Part shown: piece after piece, positions 25,241 to 38,840 of the stretch
Position numbering within the stretch: position 1 is the stretch's first letter
Layout: each line of letters starts with the position of its first letter
Source: Mytilus californianus
Taxonomy: Eukaryota
Direction: 5' to 3'
Assembly: GCF_021869535.1 (NCBI RefSeq)
Contig: NW_026262723.1
Coordinates: forward strand, 34,100,001 to 34,164,000
Length of the DNA stretch: 64,000 nucleotides
The notes under the pieces: generated by a model
What the model saw: the letters and a program-made list of their open reading frames with translations, nothing else
Told to the model about the DNA's origin: nothing
The model's database searches: none
Program-made: the position numbers and the translations under genes

Positions 25241-27789
25241 GGCGTGGATAGGTACTTATGAATCCCGCCATTGTGTTACTGTGCTATGGTCAATTATGAG
25301 TTCTTGTCTTTCATTTTTGAATGTGTACTTTGTCTGTATGCCATTTTGTGTTTCTTTGTTGGAACAGTTGTTTGTTTTTGTAGTGATTAGGGTTGTTTTG
25401 CAATGTCGACTGTTGTGCTCCGGGTTTTGACGTTTTTACCTATTGTGTCTGTTTTTTTGTTTTTTTTTTTTTGCTCACACGTTGTTGTCAATATGGTGGA
25501 ATTCTATGCGACTGTCATACAAGTGAAAGGTTTAGCTGGCTATAAAACCAGGTTTGAGCCACCATTTTCTACATAAGGAAATGCCTGTACCAAGTCATGA
25601 ATATGTAAGGTTGTTTTCCATTCGTTGGATGTGTTTGAGCTTTTTATTTTGCCATTTCATAAAGGACTTTTCGTTTAGAATTTCCTATACAGTTCGGTAT
25701 TTTTGTTATTTTACTTTTTAAAACAATAGTGCGTTAAAATCATATTGATTCACATCGGATCTATGACCTACATGTATGGATACTTTTTTCACGTGTAACA
25801 TTTACATTCCGATTTTGTACCTTATAAAAAACACATTTATGTACACCTTTTACATAATTCAATAACCAAATAAAGTCGTTTTCTATAGGGGAATAGTCAC
25901 GTAGTTTAATGGATAGGGGGGAGGGTATTATATGGTATTCTGATTCTCATGTTTTTAAAAGAGAAATTATTGTAACATGTGTTATGCTAAGTCGAAAGAA
26001 AAAATATATCGGTTAATTTATTGAAAGTTTCGGCTTTTCTGAGGTAAAAGTGTCATGAAACGAGGGGGAAAACATAGAAAATTCTTTTATAAAGTTAATA
26101 TGAAAATTACATACCGAAGTGACTTGTATTTTTCATACACCGTAACATTTCATTTGCTTCCTGCTTGGAATTTAATACAGCAACAATTTAAATGTAACTG
26201 TACAGTGATTACTAACAATTATATCTAGATAAGTGAGCTTCATTCCACCTTAAAAGTGACCTGTTGGGCGTGGTTATATCGTACCGGAGAGATAAAGAGT
26301 CTCCCTATTTAATACAATCGGTAAACTGTGAAACAATTTCCTGCAAATCATTTAAAATATAATATTTGTTGACGTTACATAAGTCAGATAATGCATATTT
26401 CAAGGCTTTTCGTGTCGTTTAACACATCTTGAAGTGAAGTGTCATGATTGCCAAAGAAAGAACTTTTAAACACTAAAGAACACTAAATCCATTGGATGAT
26501 GGATGTGTACTGATTGATATTTTAGTCTTAGATGCATGATTTTCTTTATTAGTTGTTATTGGCTTTGAACTATCTGTCAGTAACTGCGAGTACTTTCAGA
26601 TCTGTACTTAGTGTCTTATTGTTGTGGGGATGTATAAGTACCCTGCCATGTCCACTCTGTGTTTTTGTTAGATGTATTTCTGCTTGTATCGATCTGATGA
26701 GTTAAGCCTTTTTCAACTGATTTTTATAGTTTGTAGTTCTGTTGTACTGTTACCCCACTGTCCCAGGTCAGGCGGAGGGTTGGCGAGCATTCAAACTAGT
26801 TTAACCCCGCCACATTATGTATGTGCCTGTTCCATGTCAGGAGCCTGTAATTCAGTGGTTGTCGTTGTAGATCATATTTGTTTTTCGTTCATTATTTTAT
26901 ACATACATCAGTCCTTTAGTTTGAATTGTTTTACATATGTAATTTCGGGACCTTTTATAGCTGACTATGCGGTATGCGTTTTACTCATTGTTGAAGGCCG
27001 TACGGTGCCCTATAGTTGTTAATTTCTGCGTCAATTGGTCTCTTGTGGAGAGTTGTCTCATTGGCAATCACACTACATCTTCTTATTTTTTTATATTTTG
27101 AGTGTCCGTCTTTCATTAAACCAATTCTGAAACCACTCGGTCCGTTATACGACAAGAAAGACCGTCTTACACGGAATAATGATGGGACAAACAAAAATTC
27201 AAGCCAGCATTGCATTTGTCGAACGATAGCGGCGATAGTAAAACTAAATAAATTGATTGATTAATTGTTGGTTGCTTAACGTCCAGTGGCAAATATTTCA
27301 TGCATATTCAGGACGAGAACAAATTAACAATTAATACAATAGGTAGGTTCTGTAAGAGGGACGTCCGGGATTAAGGTCGGAGTAATTTAGACTGCCACGG
27401 GAAATGAGGGTATATTGGATAGGGACAGAAATTTAGCCTTGCAACAGGTCACCTACAGACCCCTCAAAGAGTTGTTGCAGGGGTTCTTAACGTGCAAAGA
27501 GCGTGGCACTCTCTTTACACGAGGCATCGGATTTAACGTCCCCATTCTGACCGGACGTGGCTGCAAATTTGTACATACCGCACAGCCAAACGGACACCCC
27601 ACTTTAGCAAGGGTTTTACCAATTAACTTTTGGTTGCTCCATTTTTGATTATATAGTATATTACTGCATTCCAAGATGAATAAGATAAAAATACGAGAAT
27701 TTCATTGGTTAACAGGACACATTCTTAAAGTTTCTACATTAAAAAGTGTATGCATTGCGCTCTATTAATAACTTTTCGTAATATAAATT

Positions 27790-28880
27790 GAATTAGAAGT
27801 TTTACAAAAGAGGCGAAAGATACTAAGATACTAAAAGACTATTTAAGCTTATAAGTCGAAAATTAACTGACAACGACATGATAAAAAACTACAACAGGCG
27901 AAAAGACAAATAACAGTTTACAAAACACAACATAGAAAACTAGACTGAGGAACACGAACCCCAACAAAACCGAAGTGATCTTATGTGGTCCGGAAGTGTT
28001 ATCAGATCCTGATCCAAGTGGCAACCCGTTGTGTTGCTCATTTAAGTTCAAATCCGATGGTTAAGTCTAATTCGTTATTTAATATTCGAGGACGAGACTG
28101 TTGTTATGATAATTGGAACATATCCGTCGTCATCTGTGAAACAGATATTCCATAACGGCCAACCAACGGTGTCCGTAAACTCTTGGAATGATGATTTCAA
28201 CTTCATCACTTGGAACTCTTGGGTTAAAAGATTATTTGCTGGCAGCAACCCTCTATCAAGGACATTTTGATGGGAAATGGAAGCTCTGGAATATCGTATC
28301 AACTGGGATACTTCATATGCAGGCGCTGCTGGAATGGTGCTGTATAGAATAGATAATTTCCAATTTGGAAGCTGAAGTCATCTTTTGTTTTGTAAATATA
28401 TGTTTTCAACCGACCATCATTGTCAAGTTCTAGATATAAGTCAAGATATGAGGCAGACTTAACTTTATCTCTTGTATCCTTTATGTCAAGTTCAATGGAA
28501 TATATGCGTTCAACATAGTCACCAAACTATTTATTATTAAGTACAAGAACATCATTTTATAACGGAAGCTCATGTATCAATTCAGCCTCATAAGGAACAA
28601 GTCTGCAAAAAAAGAAGCACAGTTGGTTCCCACGGGAATGCTGATTGTTTGTTGAAAAATACGTCCTCCAAACGTAACAAATATGTTGTCAATCAAGAAA
28701 AAAGCATCTTGATAATATTTTGTTTGAATCAGTTTGATTTTTTCAAAGTTCGGTTTATCCCTCCCTAAGACAAGATACTTGTATCTGTGTTGGCCATTTT
28801 TCTTTTATGAAACAAAGCAGGACACATACTTTCAATTTGTCTTTTAGTTTAGAATGACGACATTCGTGAAAATAAAGAAG
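27790..28880 (-). mobile_element. Decayed Penelope-like RT 3' fragment
   Basis: MIRYSRASISHQNVLDRGLL...KLKSSF matches the RT C-terminus at 49791-50087. It also carries the shared CCACTTGGATCAGGATCTG 3' motif. Confidence 0.7.
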
Positions 28881-29804
28881 AAATTATTGTACAGATAATA
28901 GTCTGATATTGCTTTGACGCTGATGGCATTTTTTAGTAATTACTGGGACCGTTAGATGTCAGAACGCAGTACATAAATAATGCGAAAATTGTCGATCCAG
29001 ACTGAAGTTGGCCAGTTTCTGTCTTGAGATCGTGAGATATCCATTGTCAAGCAAATAACTCATATATCATTCGCTTCCTATAATAATTTTACTCCACGAA
29101 TATGTTCATTTTATTCACCGACTACCATCCTGTAGCACAGACAAACGTTTTATTCCGATACACCTTTAGTTTCTGGATCTATCCTTTCATTAATACTGCG
29201 TTATGTTATGTCATTCCTTGCACATGTATTTGCTGATGTAACTGTATCCAAAGCAGTCGTTTGTGCTAATGGGTGGTAGTCCGGGAATAAAAGTACATAT
29301 TTTTGGAGAAAAATGACTGAGATAGCGAATTATCATAAACGGTTTATCTGCTTAACCAAGAATCTTTTAAGTTATCTAGACATCTACTTGTTACTGCAAG
29401 TGTCTGGCAATTACCATGCTTTTTATGCACTGCGTTTTGACATCCAACGGTCCAAGCGATCCCTAAAAAGGCCGGCAGCTGTTTCGGACTGAAAAAAGAT
29501 ACCACTTTTTGGTCAATTGTGTTGTAAAAACTAAACGATATGGGAAGACTAGGCAATATCATTTTTTTTTAGATTGACCCTCTCTCACAATATAAAATAT
29601 AGTTTTAAACATTGTGTAATGTAATTTACCAACAGTGTTATTATTCAGTCAAACATTATCCACCAAGAGAAATGATGTGAAGGAAAATAAATTTGAAAAA
29701 AAATGTGCATAAGTGTGTTTTTGCATGTTAAATTAGGTACATCTTACTGTTTTAACTAATTATACATGTTACAACAGTTCTTGGTTTTTTTGTCATTATT
29801 GTAG

Positions 29805-30760
29805 GAACGTCAATATCGGAATGGATAATTTTGACACTATGTATAACTGGTTGTTTCATTGTGACTGGTGTTGGTTATTTGATTCGTACATACAAAAAAC
29901 GACTATCTTTTAAATTAAGAATCACAAATGAAGGAATGATGTTAGAACCCTTAGAACCTTCTCCGTATATTGGCGTCTATGATGAGGTCGATGAGAATCC
30001 ATTAACATTTAATAGGACAGGTTTAAACCTTACATTACAAGAATCTCATTACGAAACTATTGACTTGGTATCTCAAGAGAGACTATCTATTACAACCAGA
30101 TCTGAACATGGTGACACAGGAAACCTCGATCCATATTTCGCAAAAGAAGAGGATGAAAATCACCAATTACACGATCGAACATCACAAACAGAATGTAGTT
30201 CAACTAATTCGTCCAACTCAGACGCTGGGGATCAAGATAATACAGCATATAACAATCTATATCAACCACTTCAGGAGAATTGGCAAGACGATTCACATGG
30301 TTATGAAGTCCCTGTGATGGTTCATAAGTGTATAGAAAGTTCTTCAGAATTTGATGAAAATGCCACAAGTAATTCATATTATAATGTGTTTAAACCGTTG
30401 CCGAACGACTGGCATTTAAAAAGTCCAACATATGAAAACCAGAAGTCCTCAGAAACAAAAGCAGGAAATGATGAGCGATTACTGGTAGATGATTCTTCGT
30501 CTGTATTCAAAACTGGCAATATACATGATTACATTAACATGAATGCCGAATCTAATATATCAATGAACAATTGTGATGCAATGGAATCCTGCAAACCATT
30601 TGATCAAGACAAGATGAAGACAATTGAACAGAAATCGTTTCGTGGTGACTTTGATTCTAAGGAAGAATCAGTGAACACATGTTCAAACAATATATGTTGT
30701 TCTCAGGACGATAACCCTAGTAACTCTAATGCTTGTGATGACGCAAAATCATGTATTTAA
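29805..30760 (+). CDS. Terminal exon 'b': TM + tyrosine-motif-rich cytoplasmic tail, intact
   Basis: TTGTAG acceptor, phase 1; (G)TSISEWIILTLCITGCFIVTGVGYLIRTYKKR. Motifs YDEV, YETI, YNNLYQPL, YEVP, YYNV, YENQ and YINM. Joined to exons 8603-16743 it gives 1335 nt = 444 aa + stop. Confidence 0.85.
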
Positions 30761-32173
30761 ATGGTGGTTAGCTATATAGATTATATACACTTATAAACAT
30801 AAATTAACCAGTCGGTGTATAGTATTTACATGTCAACTACTTTTTAGGTTAAATTACGTTTAAGGCATACTTAAGGTATCACCATTATAAGTAATGCCTA
30901 GCATTTTGACATTTGAACATAACTGAAATAACTTATATCTTGAATTTAGAGCATTTCCGACTTCTTTTGTATATACATATTTGTATTTGTATATTTTGTC
31001 ATACAAGTAGTGTCCTTGTTCTCAACTATGAATATCGTGTAGACTAGAAACCACTCGGGAAAATCAAATCTAGAAAATGTTTGTAAATTTACTGATAGAG
31101 ATTTGAAAAAAGTGGGTACATCTCCTTGTAAACGTCTATACAACATTACACACTAGCTTTATTAAGACACAATAAAGACGGGATATAAAATTAAATAATT
31201 CATACCACAAAATATGACGTTCTCTACAAAAGCAACTGCAAAAGATAGGCGCTTTTGTCTGCTGTTCTTAATCTCAGTGCAACAGAAAGGCATTCACATT
31301 TGAACAAAAGCTCATACAGGGCAAGTTTAAGATGCCCTCAGTATTGGTTACTTATATGTTAATAATGCTAATTACAGTTGTCATGTAATATCATGTAAAT
31401 TTGTTTCAGCTCTGTTCGATATGTAAATCCACTCGATTTTAAGCAACGATATAAATAATTCAAAAGTACGATGTATAAATTAGGATATCTGGTAAAATTA
31501 CCAATGTTATAAATTTTAACTAGAAGATTAGGACAAGAATGTTTACAACTACAGGTTACCATCAGGCATTCAACAATTAGAAAACAATTACCATTCAGTA
31601 ATTTGAAATATGATCTGCATAACGACATGTTAAACAATCTAACAGAGGAAACTAAGGGCCTGAATTAAGCAAATGACATCGTTAAACTATTATGACAGAC
31701 GGCAATAAATGACAACCACTAAACCGCACCCTACTGACTTTGGATATTATTAGAACACCTGTGAAAAAATGTTGGAAAGGGCATGATTGATCAGATCAGT
31801 CTTAAACACAAAAACAACCAACAAACAGAAAAGAAACAGATCCAATAGTTCAGCTAATTAAAACGTCGAATTTATTTTTAAACAACATAAACATGTTTTC
31901 TCTATCAAACGGAAAAACACTATTTTAATACACTCACATACGAGAGTATTTGTTATATCTTTCCGTACCCTGTGTATTATTCTTTTCAAAGAAACCAATC
32001 TTTTTTTGGAAATCTAAACTGCAACGTTAGAAGATCTTTGATTACTGCCATTATCTCATAAAGGAAACATGTCACCAGCAGACGATATTTGTATACATAT
32101 AAAGCATGAGTTACTTTCATTTAACATTTTACCTTTCAACTTATGTTATCCGATATCCACTGATGAGTCTTAT

Positions 32174-32642
32174 TCCTTTCATGATTTAATTGATAGAGGG
32201 TTGCTGTTTATTAGTAAAATATTTTCACCCTAGGGTTCCACGTTGTTTCTTCGAAATTTTCACGGACGCCTTAACAGACGGGTTGGTTGACTGTTACAGA
32301 TTATGTGTGTCACAGATGACCACGGATATTTTCAAATAGTCGTAACCACATTCCTGACACCTTTTTCTCGATTGTGACATCCCCGAATGAGACTGATTTC
32401 CAAATTCTTATAAACCATGCAAACCATGAGCAACACAACTGGTGCCACATGTGAAGCAGAATCTGCTTACCCTTCCAGAGCACCCAAGATAATCCCCGGT
32501 TTTTGTGGGATTCGTGGTGCTCAGCATTTAGTTTTTTGGGTAGAGTTTTGTAGAAATGATTTTGTATTTTCGTCGTTTTTTTCTTTTTTGGCAGACTTGT
32601 GATATTCGAATATCACTGTTATCTTCTGCCTGTTTTTTTAAT
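32174..32642 (+). mobile_element. Penelope-like 3' fragment inserted into a hammerhead motif
   Basis: Contains the GGTGCCACATGTGAAGCAGAATCTGCTTACCCTTCC motif shared with 50190-50225. It is flanked by CTGATGAGTCTTAT (32160-32173) and GAACGAAACGCAAGTCTGGC (32645-32664). Confidence 0.65.
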
Positions 32643-33245
32643 GTGAACGAAACGCAAGTCTGGCATACTAAATTATAAACCTAGTATATCTAATGAGCTT
32701 TTTCAACCACATGCGGAACGTTTTGTTTCGAGGGTATCAAAGGCCAAGTAGTCAGCGATTCTCCACGTGCATGAAATATCATTGGAACGTCCTTTTTCGC
32801 AATTTTATTAATGATAAAATGTTAACAGTATGGAAAGCACTTAAGCTTTTTATTTTGGGGCCACTGAGTCCTATTTAGACGAATCGCACGTCTGGCTTTC
32901 TCCATAATATTTTGCGTATATTTGGTGAGGTTTTGGTTTTATTTGTACATTTTTACTGTTAAGCAACATGTATGATTGTGGGTTTTGATATTACGCTTAG
33001 ATGAGTCGACTGAAGCAGCATGATAACGTGTTCCTTTCCCCGAGAAAAGGGGTAAAAGTTTACATGATCAACAACCTTAATCATCAATTCCCTAGTCTAA
33101 TTGTGAGACAACAATTTACACTATGCATGTTATACACTAGGGGTCTGTTGTTCAACTTGTCGTTAGTACTAACGAGTCGTTAAAAATGCTAAAACTGTCG
33201 TTAAAATTAATCCACATCTTTTGAGGTGTATTAAATTTTAATCAT

Positions 33246-35981
33246 ATGATTAAAATATCCAAAATTGCTGCCATTGCAATGTTTCATCTGCCTAGAGTTA
33301 GGAGAGAAGGACATCGAGGTTTTAATCCATTAAATAAAGATTTTAGTGATGAGCAACTACGACAAAGGTACAGGTTCGGTAGGGAAACCATTGAATTTCT
33401 TCCAAATGAGTTGAGAGGCGATTTAGAGAGAATTAGGAGTAAAAAGACAGCTTTGACAGTTGAACAGCAAGTCTTGATTGCCCTTCGTTTTTATGGCAGT
33501 GGAAGTCAGATTCAAGTAGTCTGGGACACTATGGGTTTTGATAAATCAACTGTGCAAGAGTAGTAAGCGATGTTACTGACGCCTTGGTAGCTAGAAAAGA
33601 ACAATACATCAAATGGCCTACAGATGAACAGAAAAATGTCAACAAACATGCTTTTTATGACAAAGCTGGATTTCCAAATATAATTGGCTGTATAGATTGG
33701 ACACATGTTCATATTAAAGCACCTACCGAAGATGACCCTGCTTATGTAAACAGAAAAGGCTTCCACAGTGTCAATGTCCATGCTATTTGTGATCATCAAG
33801 GTATGTATGTTTTTTTCCCGTTCATATTCCAGGACGATAGAAAATCTGGTTCCCTCAGCTATTTTTTTTTCTTGCTCGATCGGCGAAGTACAGAGTATGA
33901 GTTATAAGAACTCAGAAGAAGCAAGACCAAATCGTGCAATCCCCTCCTCCCCCCCCCCCCTCCTTAATTCACCCACCAACTCGCCCCGCTCAATTACTGA
34001 CATGGTTTAATCAGAACATATATAATTTCTTTTGAATGGTATGTACGTTTGTATAAGCAGTTGACATTTAAAAAAATTGTACTAGGTGACCCTCCCCTTT
34101 TTATTGTAAAGTCACATATTAGGTATAAGCTACATCTACAAACTATTGATAATTACCGAAATTACTGACCTTTTTATTTACAAAAACCGCACAGTTTGAG
34201 AGAGGAAATTTTAAGAATCCGAAATCGGTAGTACCGCTAAGCTAAAATGAAAACCTGTCCATATAGACAAACAAGCAAGTTTTCTGCAATGAAAACGGCA
34301 CTGACAGATGTTTCACACTTAACTTTTAGACCATTTCATTTTTACATGCCAACTATTCAAAGTGTACAGAGACACATGATAAACATGATACACTTGTACA
34401 AATTATACCTTTAGCAGATGCGTGAAATAACCCTTTAGTACATGGCTGTAAATCGCCGCCTGTACTATCAAACCTAAACATTTGAAAATTGCTTTAGCAA
34501 CCTCACTTCCCTAACAAAAAGTAGTGAAGCCCCACTGAAACAAGATTCAGTTCGCCCTAACAAACAATACAATACAGAAAGAATATAAAATTGAGAATGG
34601 AAATGGGGAATGTGTCAAAGAGACAACACCCGACCAAGAAAAGATATACGTTGTACTGACTTTTCACACACTAGAGCTCTTCACTTAATCCTCCAAAATA
34701 ACACGCTCTTCCAAATAGCTGAAAACTCGCTCAACCTATAACTTATTCAATATATATAATTATGCAATATGCATGTTTACGTTTTTCATACGTCTTACCC
34801 ATATTTCAAAATGACATGCTTACAAGAAAATATGCAAACACATGTACACCCCTCCGGTATTTTACAATTTATGTCAAATTTTTGTATGCTTCTTTCCACT
34901 AGTCCCATCGATAATATGGTGTATTAGTTGTTTAGGATCCAATGAAAATATTTAGAATCAGTGACGACATTATAAAAAAGTAATACAGAAGTTGTGAAAC
35001 AAAAGTTACTTCTGATATCAATACATGGCGATCGACTTCAGAGAGAAAAACGTTCACAACAACTGAAATAAAGAACTTGTTAGTGCAGTACCCCATAAAA
35101 ATACCATACATTTGGTTTTTTTACCGACACTTTGTGTATTTTTTTTTAGAAATTGTTCACCTTTAACCATGTAAATGTATGTTTATAGGATTAATAGTGA
35201 ATGTTAATGCAAAAATGGACTGGATCTGCACATGATGCCAATGTTTTTAGAACATCAGCTATTAGAAAGCACCTTGAAGATAACTATCGGGACATTGAAC
35301 AAGGAATGTTGTTGGGTGATAGTGGATATCAATGTAGATCCTTCCTGCTTACACCATACAGGCAGCCAGCAAACAGAATGTAGGAACGCTTTAACAGAAG
35401 TCATTGCTCTACTAGGTCCACAGTAAAGAGAGTATTTGGAATTTGGAAGAAAAGGTTACATGTGTTAGGGTCAGGGGTAATTTATTTCTTTTGTTCTTCA
35501 ATGGCGTTTGAAATTTGTTCACAGATCAATAATATAGGTGTATGCCCAAAAATTGCCATAGTAATTTGAAAAATTTAAAGGAACACCTTCAATGCTACCA
35601 CAAGTAAACGTCAGTAAAGGGATGATGGATAAATGTATAAGATTGTATAGGATTTTGCAATCATAACATGTTAGATATGATGTTTGAAAGGAACAATAAG
35701 CTGCCATATATATTATATTTTTTTTTGTCAATTGTTTATTCTGCAGAGTTTAAAACTTATTTTTGAAATATTTGTGTCTATTACAGATAAGAATGAAACC
35801 AGGAAAGGCCTGCATGATCATCATTGTATGTGCAGTATTGCATACCATTGCAATTCTTAGAGTTGAGCCAGATGTAGACAGTGAACAGGAGGGTGACATC
35901 CAACCTGTAATACCTCCTTATGTTGGAAGACAAGATGGACAAGGGATTAGAGATCATCTTGCAATAAATTTCTTCTCCTAA
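33246..35981 (+). pseudogene. Harbinger/HARBI1-like DDE transposase, 3 exons (33246-33800, 35189-35476, 35787-35981)
   Basis: Motifs YRF, LRFY..G, FP..IGCID, NRKG.HS.NV..ICD, GSAHDA, LLGDSGY, LLTPY and VLH. Introns are GT-AG. Lesions: frameshift ~33554, TAG at 35381-35383, IDGTH->IDWTH, and the catalytic VER->VKR. Confidence 0.9.
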
Positions 35982-36972
35982 ATTATGTGTTTATGTAATA
36001 GTTGTAATGAGCTTTGAACTAGCTATCTTTAACTGCGAATACAGTCCCATATTTTGGTGATTTTTGTCTTTTTTTAAATGTTTGTTATTTTTGTGCAAGG
36101 TATCAATCTTTTAAGTCAAGCTCATTGAAACTGATTTTTATAGTTTGTTTTCATGTTGTGCTGTAACACCACTGTCCCATTTAGGTGGAGGGTTGAGGGC
36201 TCACAAACATTTAAACCCCACCACATTCTCTACTTGTTTTCTCATATCAGAAGCCTGCAGTTCAATGGTTGTCGTTAGTTCATGTCTGTCATAAAATTAT
36301 GTTTTTCGTAAAAATTTTTGTTATAGTTTAAGCCTTCAGTTTTGTCAGTTGAATTGTTTCACATTTATCATGTTCGGGCCTTAAAGAGCTGACTATACGG
36401 TATGTTTTTTTTCTCACTGTTGAAGGCCGTACGTTTGCCTATAATTGCTTACATCCACTTCATTTGAACTTTGCTGGATAGAAGACCCTCCCTTCCAAAT
36501 TATTCAATCACAGATTATACATTAAAGGAGGTGTATAAAGCATGCAGACTAATACTCGCATATGCGTTATACTGTACAATATCCCAATTTCAGATAAATA
36601 AACCAGATATAAGAGCAAAACCACTAGAATGAGAATAAAGACCATTTAACAATACATTTCTTTCATTGAATATTTCTTATCTAATGGGAACAAAAAGAAA
36701 CGAATAAATGTCGTTGGTTGCTGTCTGTCATTATTGTTTTTATACATCCGTTTTTGGGACGCATTGTGGTATACCGTTGTCCGTCTGTCGTCACATGTCG
36801 GACAATAACTCAAAAACACTTAAAGCAATTTTCATATTGAATTGTTTATATATATTGACAAAACCCAAAAGAACACAACAATGTAAAGTAAGGAATTAAA
36901 ACATACCAGTCTGATGCATATTCATGTTTGGCACAGGTGTATAAAAATAAAAATTATTTGTAATTTACTTAA

Positions 36973-37136
36973 GAAATAATTCATGGAAGCCATAGATTTG
37001 TTGGAAATTTACTCATGGCCTGGGCCGTGAAATTCGAATTTTATCCTGAGCGTTAGCGAGGGATAAAATTAACGAATATCACGGCCCAGGCCATGTGTAA
37101 ATTTACAACAAATCTATGGCTTCCATGAATTATTTC
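36973..37136. repeat. Long foldback hairpin (~75-bp arms, loop TGAGCGTTAGCGAG)
   Basis: GAAATAATTCATGGAAGCCATAGATTTGTTG...CATGGCCTGGGCCGTGA...TTTTATCC pairs with GGATAAAA...TCACGGCCCAGGCCATG...CAACAAATCTATGGCTTCCATGAATTATTTC. Confidence 0.92.
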
Positions 37137-37995
37137 GTTTCTAATAGGACAAATACGGTCATTAAAAAACTGAAGCGAGGGTGGGTATGCCGTGTGTGTC
37201 GCTATTCTTTTTTACTCCCTGTTAGATAAAGCTTAAACCTTCTAATAAATATGTAGCTTACAGCAAATATTTCGCAAATAACTGCTAGAAAAATGTGTTT
37301 AATTTTTTAACTCTCTAACCCAACATCTGCCATTTGTAATTTACATGTTTTTCTCGTAAGCAACCGTAAAATCCAAAGTTGACATTTCGTAACTAAGGAG
37401 CCGCCATGTTGACTTGCTGAAATCAGTAAATATGCGAATAATGCAATAGAATAGAAAATAAAACAAACCCTACCTCAAAAATTCATTTTAATGCAATATT
37501 ATACGAACTTCCATGGTTCACGTAACGGAAAAAACCTTCAGCTTTAGCGTTTTCTTTTGTATGACGTCATGTTTTGAAATGACTAAAATGCGCCAAAAGC
37601 ATTAACGGACTTTCGCGGAATTTTAATTTATTTTGATTCTGTAGATTTCTCCGAGCTATTGTGCATTTATTTTTTTTTGTTATGCATCCGAATAAGAATA
37701 GAAGTTCTGTGGTCTTTTTTCAATTATAATTTTTAAAACAATAAAATCGGCATAGCGTTTGCAAATAAGTTCCGATACATGTGGATTTACGTAGGAGGTA
37801 TTTTGTAACATCCATTATTATGTATATCTCTGAGTCTGCGCTAAGTATAGATATATCGAGTATTTTATCATGGTGTTGTTTACAAAGCGAAAGAAGCACG
37901 TCATATTAGAATAGTTATTAAACAACAACATTTCATTTTGATCAACAATTAACTTTAAAACATGAAGTCTTTAAACACATTTATAAATAACCATT

Positions 37996-38391
37996 TCAAG
38001 ATTCAAACCAAAGATGTAAGCAAAGCCGTCTGAGATGATGAGAGACTGTAATCTTGGCCATTGGAAACTTTTCTTAGCAACTCAATTTGCAATTGCAATT
38101 TTTGTTTGTTTAGTTTTTATTCTTCAAGTTGTCCTTTAAGCACTAGCACTTGCAGTTCCATTACGTCCTCACTTGTTGTTTTACGTTTTCTGCTTGCTGG
38201 TTTAAGAATGCCGCTAGGTTTAACGACCAGTTGTTCTGTGTTTGATATTTCTGCTGGACTGGCAAATGCACTCGAAACACAACTAGCTGATGTTCATGCT
38301 GTAGGTAATGGGCTTGGTTTTGCAGCGGTGTCAGTAGTTGGACTGGCCAATGGGGTACTGGATTAATCATCTTCACTGACATTGTGATTTC
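37996..38391 (-). pseudogene. Last exon of the putative Harbinger second gene (Myb/SANT-partner-type low-complexity + coiled-coil C-terminus), with 3 stops
   Basis: TTTTCAG acceptor on minus; translation ...KPASRKRKTTSEDVMELQVLVLKGQLEE*KLNKQKLQLQIELLRK. The assignment rests on position and composition, since no Myb domain is visible. Confidence 0.5.
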
Positions 38392-38751
38392 CTGAAAATG
38401 ATATACATATACATAAAAATGACACAAGGAATTAGACATTTCGATAGATAAAGAACGACTATGTCCATAGGAGAACGATAATGCCTCTTAATTTTTGTGT
38501 ACATGTTTAGATACACATCTTATCTTCAGAGAGAAAATGAACGAATAATTGGGTTAAGTTTCGACATACATAAATGATTAGGCATGGCTTGCACTGTTTT
38601 CTTTTAACACATCCGGCCTTTCATAGTTAATTTTACGATATCAGTTTCCTCATTGTTGATGGCCGTGTTGTGAACACATAATAAATTACAAATCAATTTG
38701 GTTTTATTAAAGACTTTTATGTGACCGAGAAAAAATACGACTAAAAATTAT

Positions 38752-38840
38752 GTACGAGTTGGCAGATATTCGTAAAAGTGCGGGTTCGTAAAAATCGGGT
38801 ACGAGTTGGTTGAGTACGAGTTGGCAAAGGTACAAGTTGA
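38752..38840. repeat. Short array of GTACGAGTTG-like motifs
   Basis: GTACGAGTTGG occurs three times, plus GTACAAGTTGA, with irregular spacers. Confidence 0.7.

Larger units (their letters stand above)
33140..38440. mobile_element. Decayed PIF/Harbinger DNA transposon (transposase on +, putative partner gene on -)
   Basis: Two convergent genes. A candidate left end GGGGTCTGTTG begins at 33140; no matching right TIR was found, so the right boundary is approximate. Confidence 0.7.

Noticed and set aside
38752-38840. CRISPR-like repeat-spacer array
   Set aside because: The motifs are only ~10 bp with irregular short spacers, the context is eukaryotic, and there are no cas genes.
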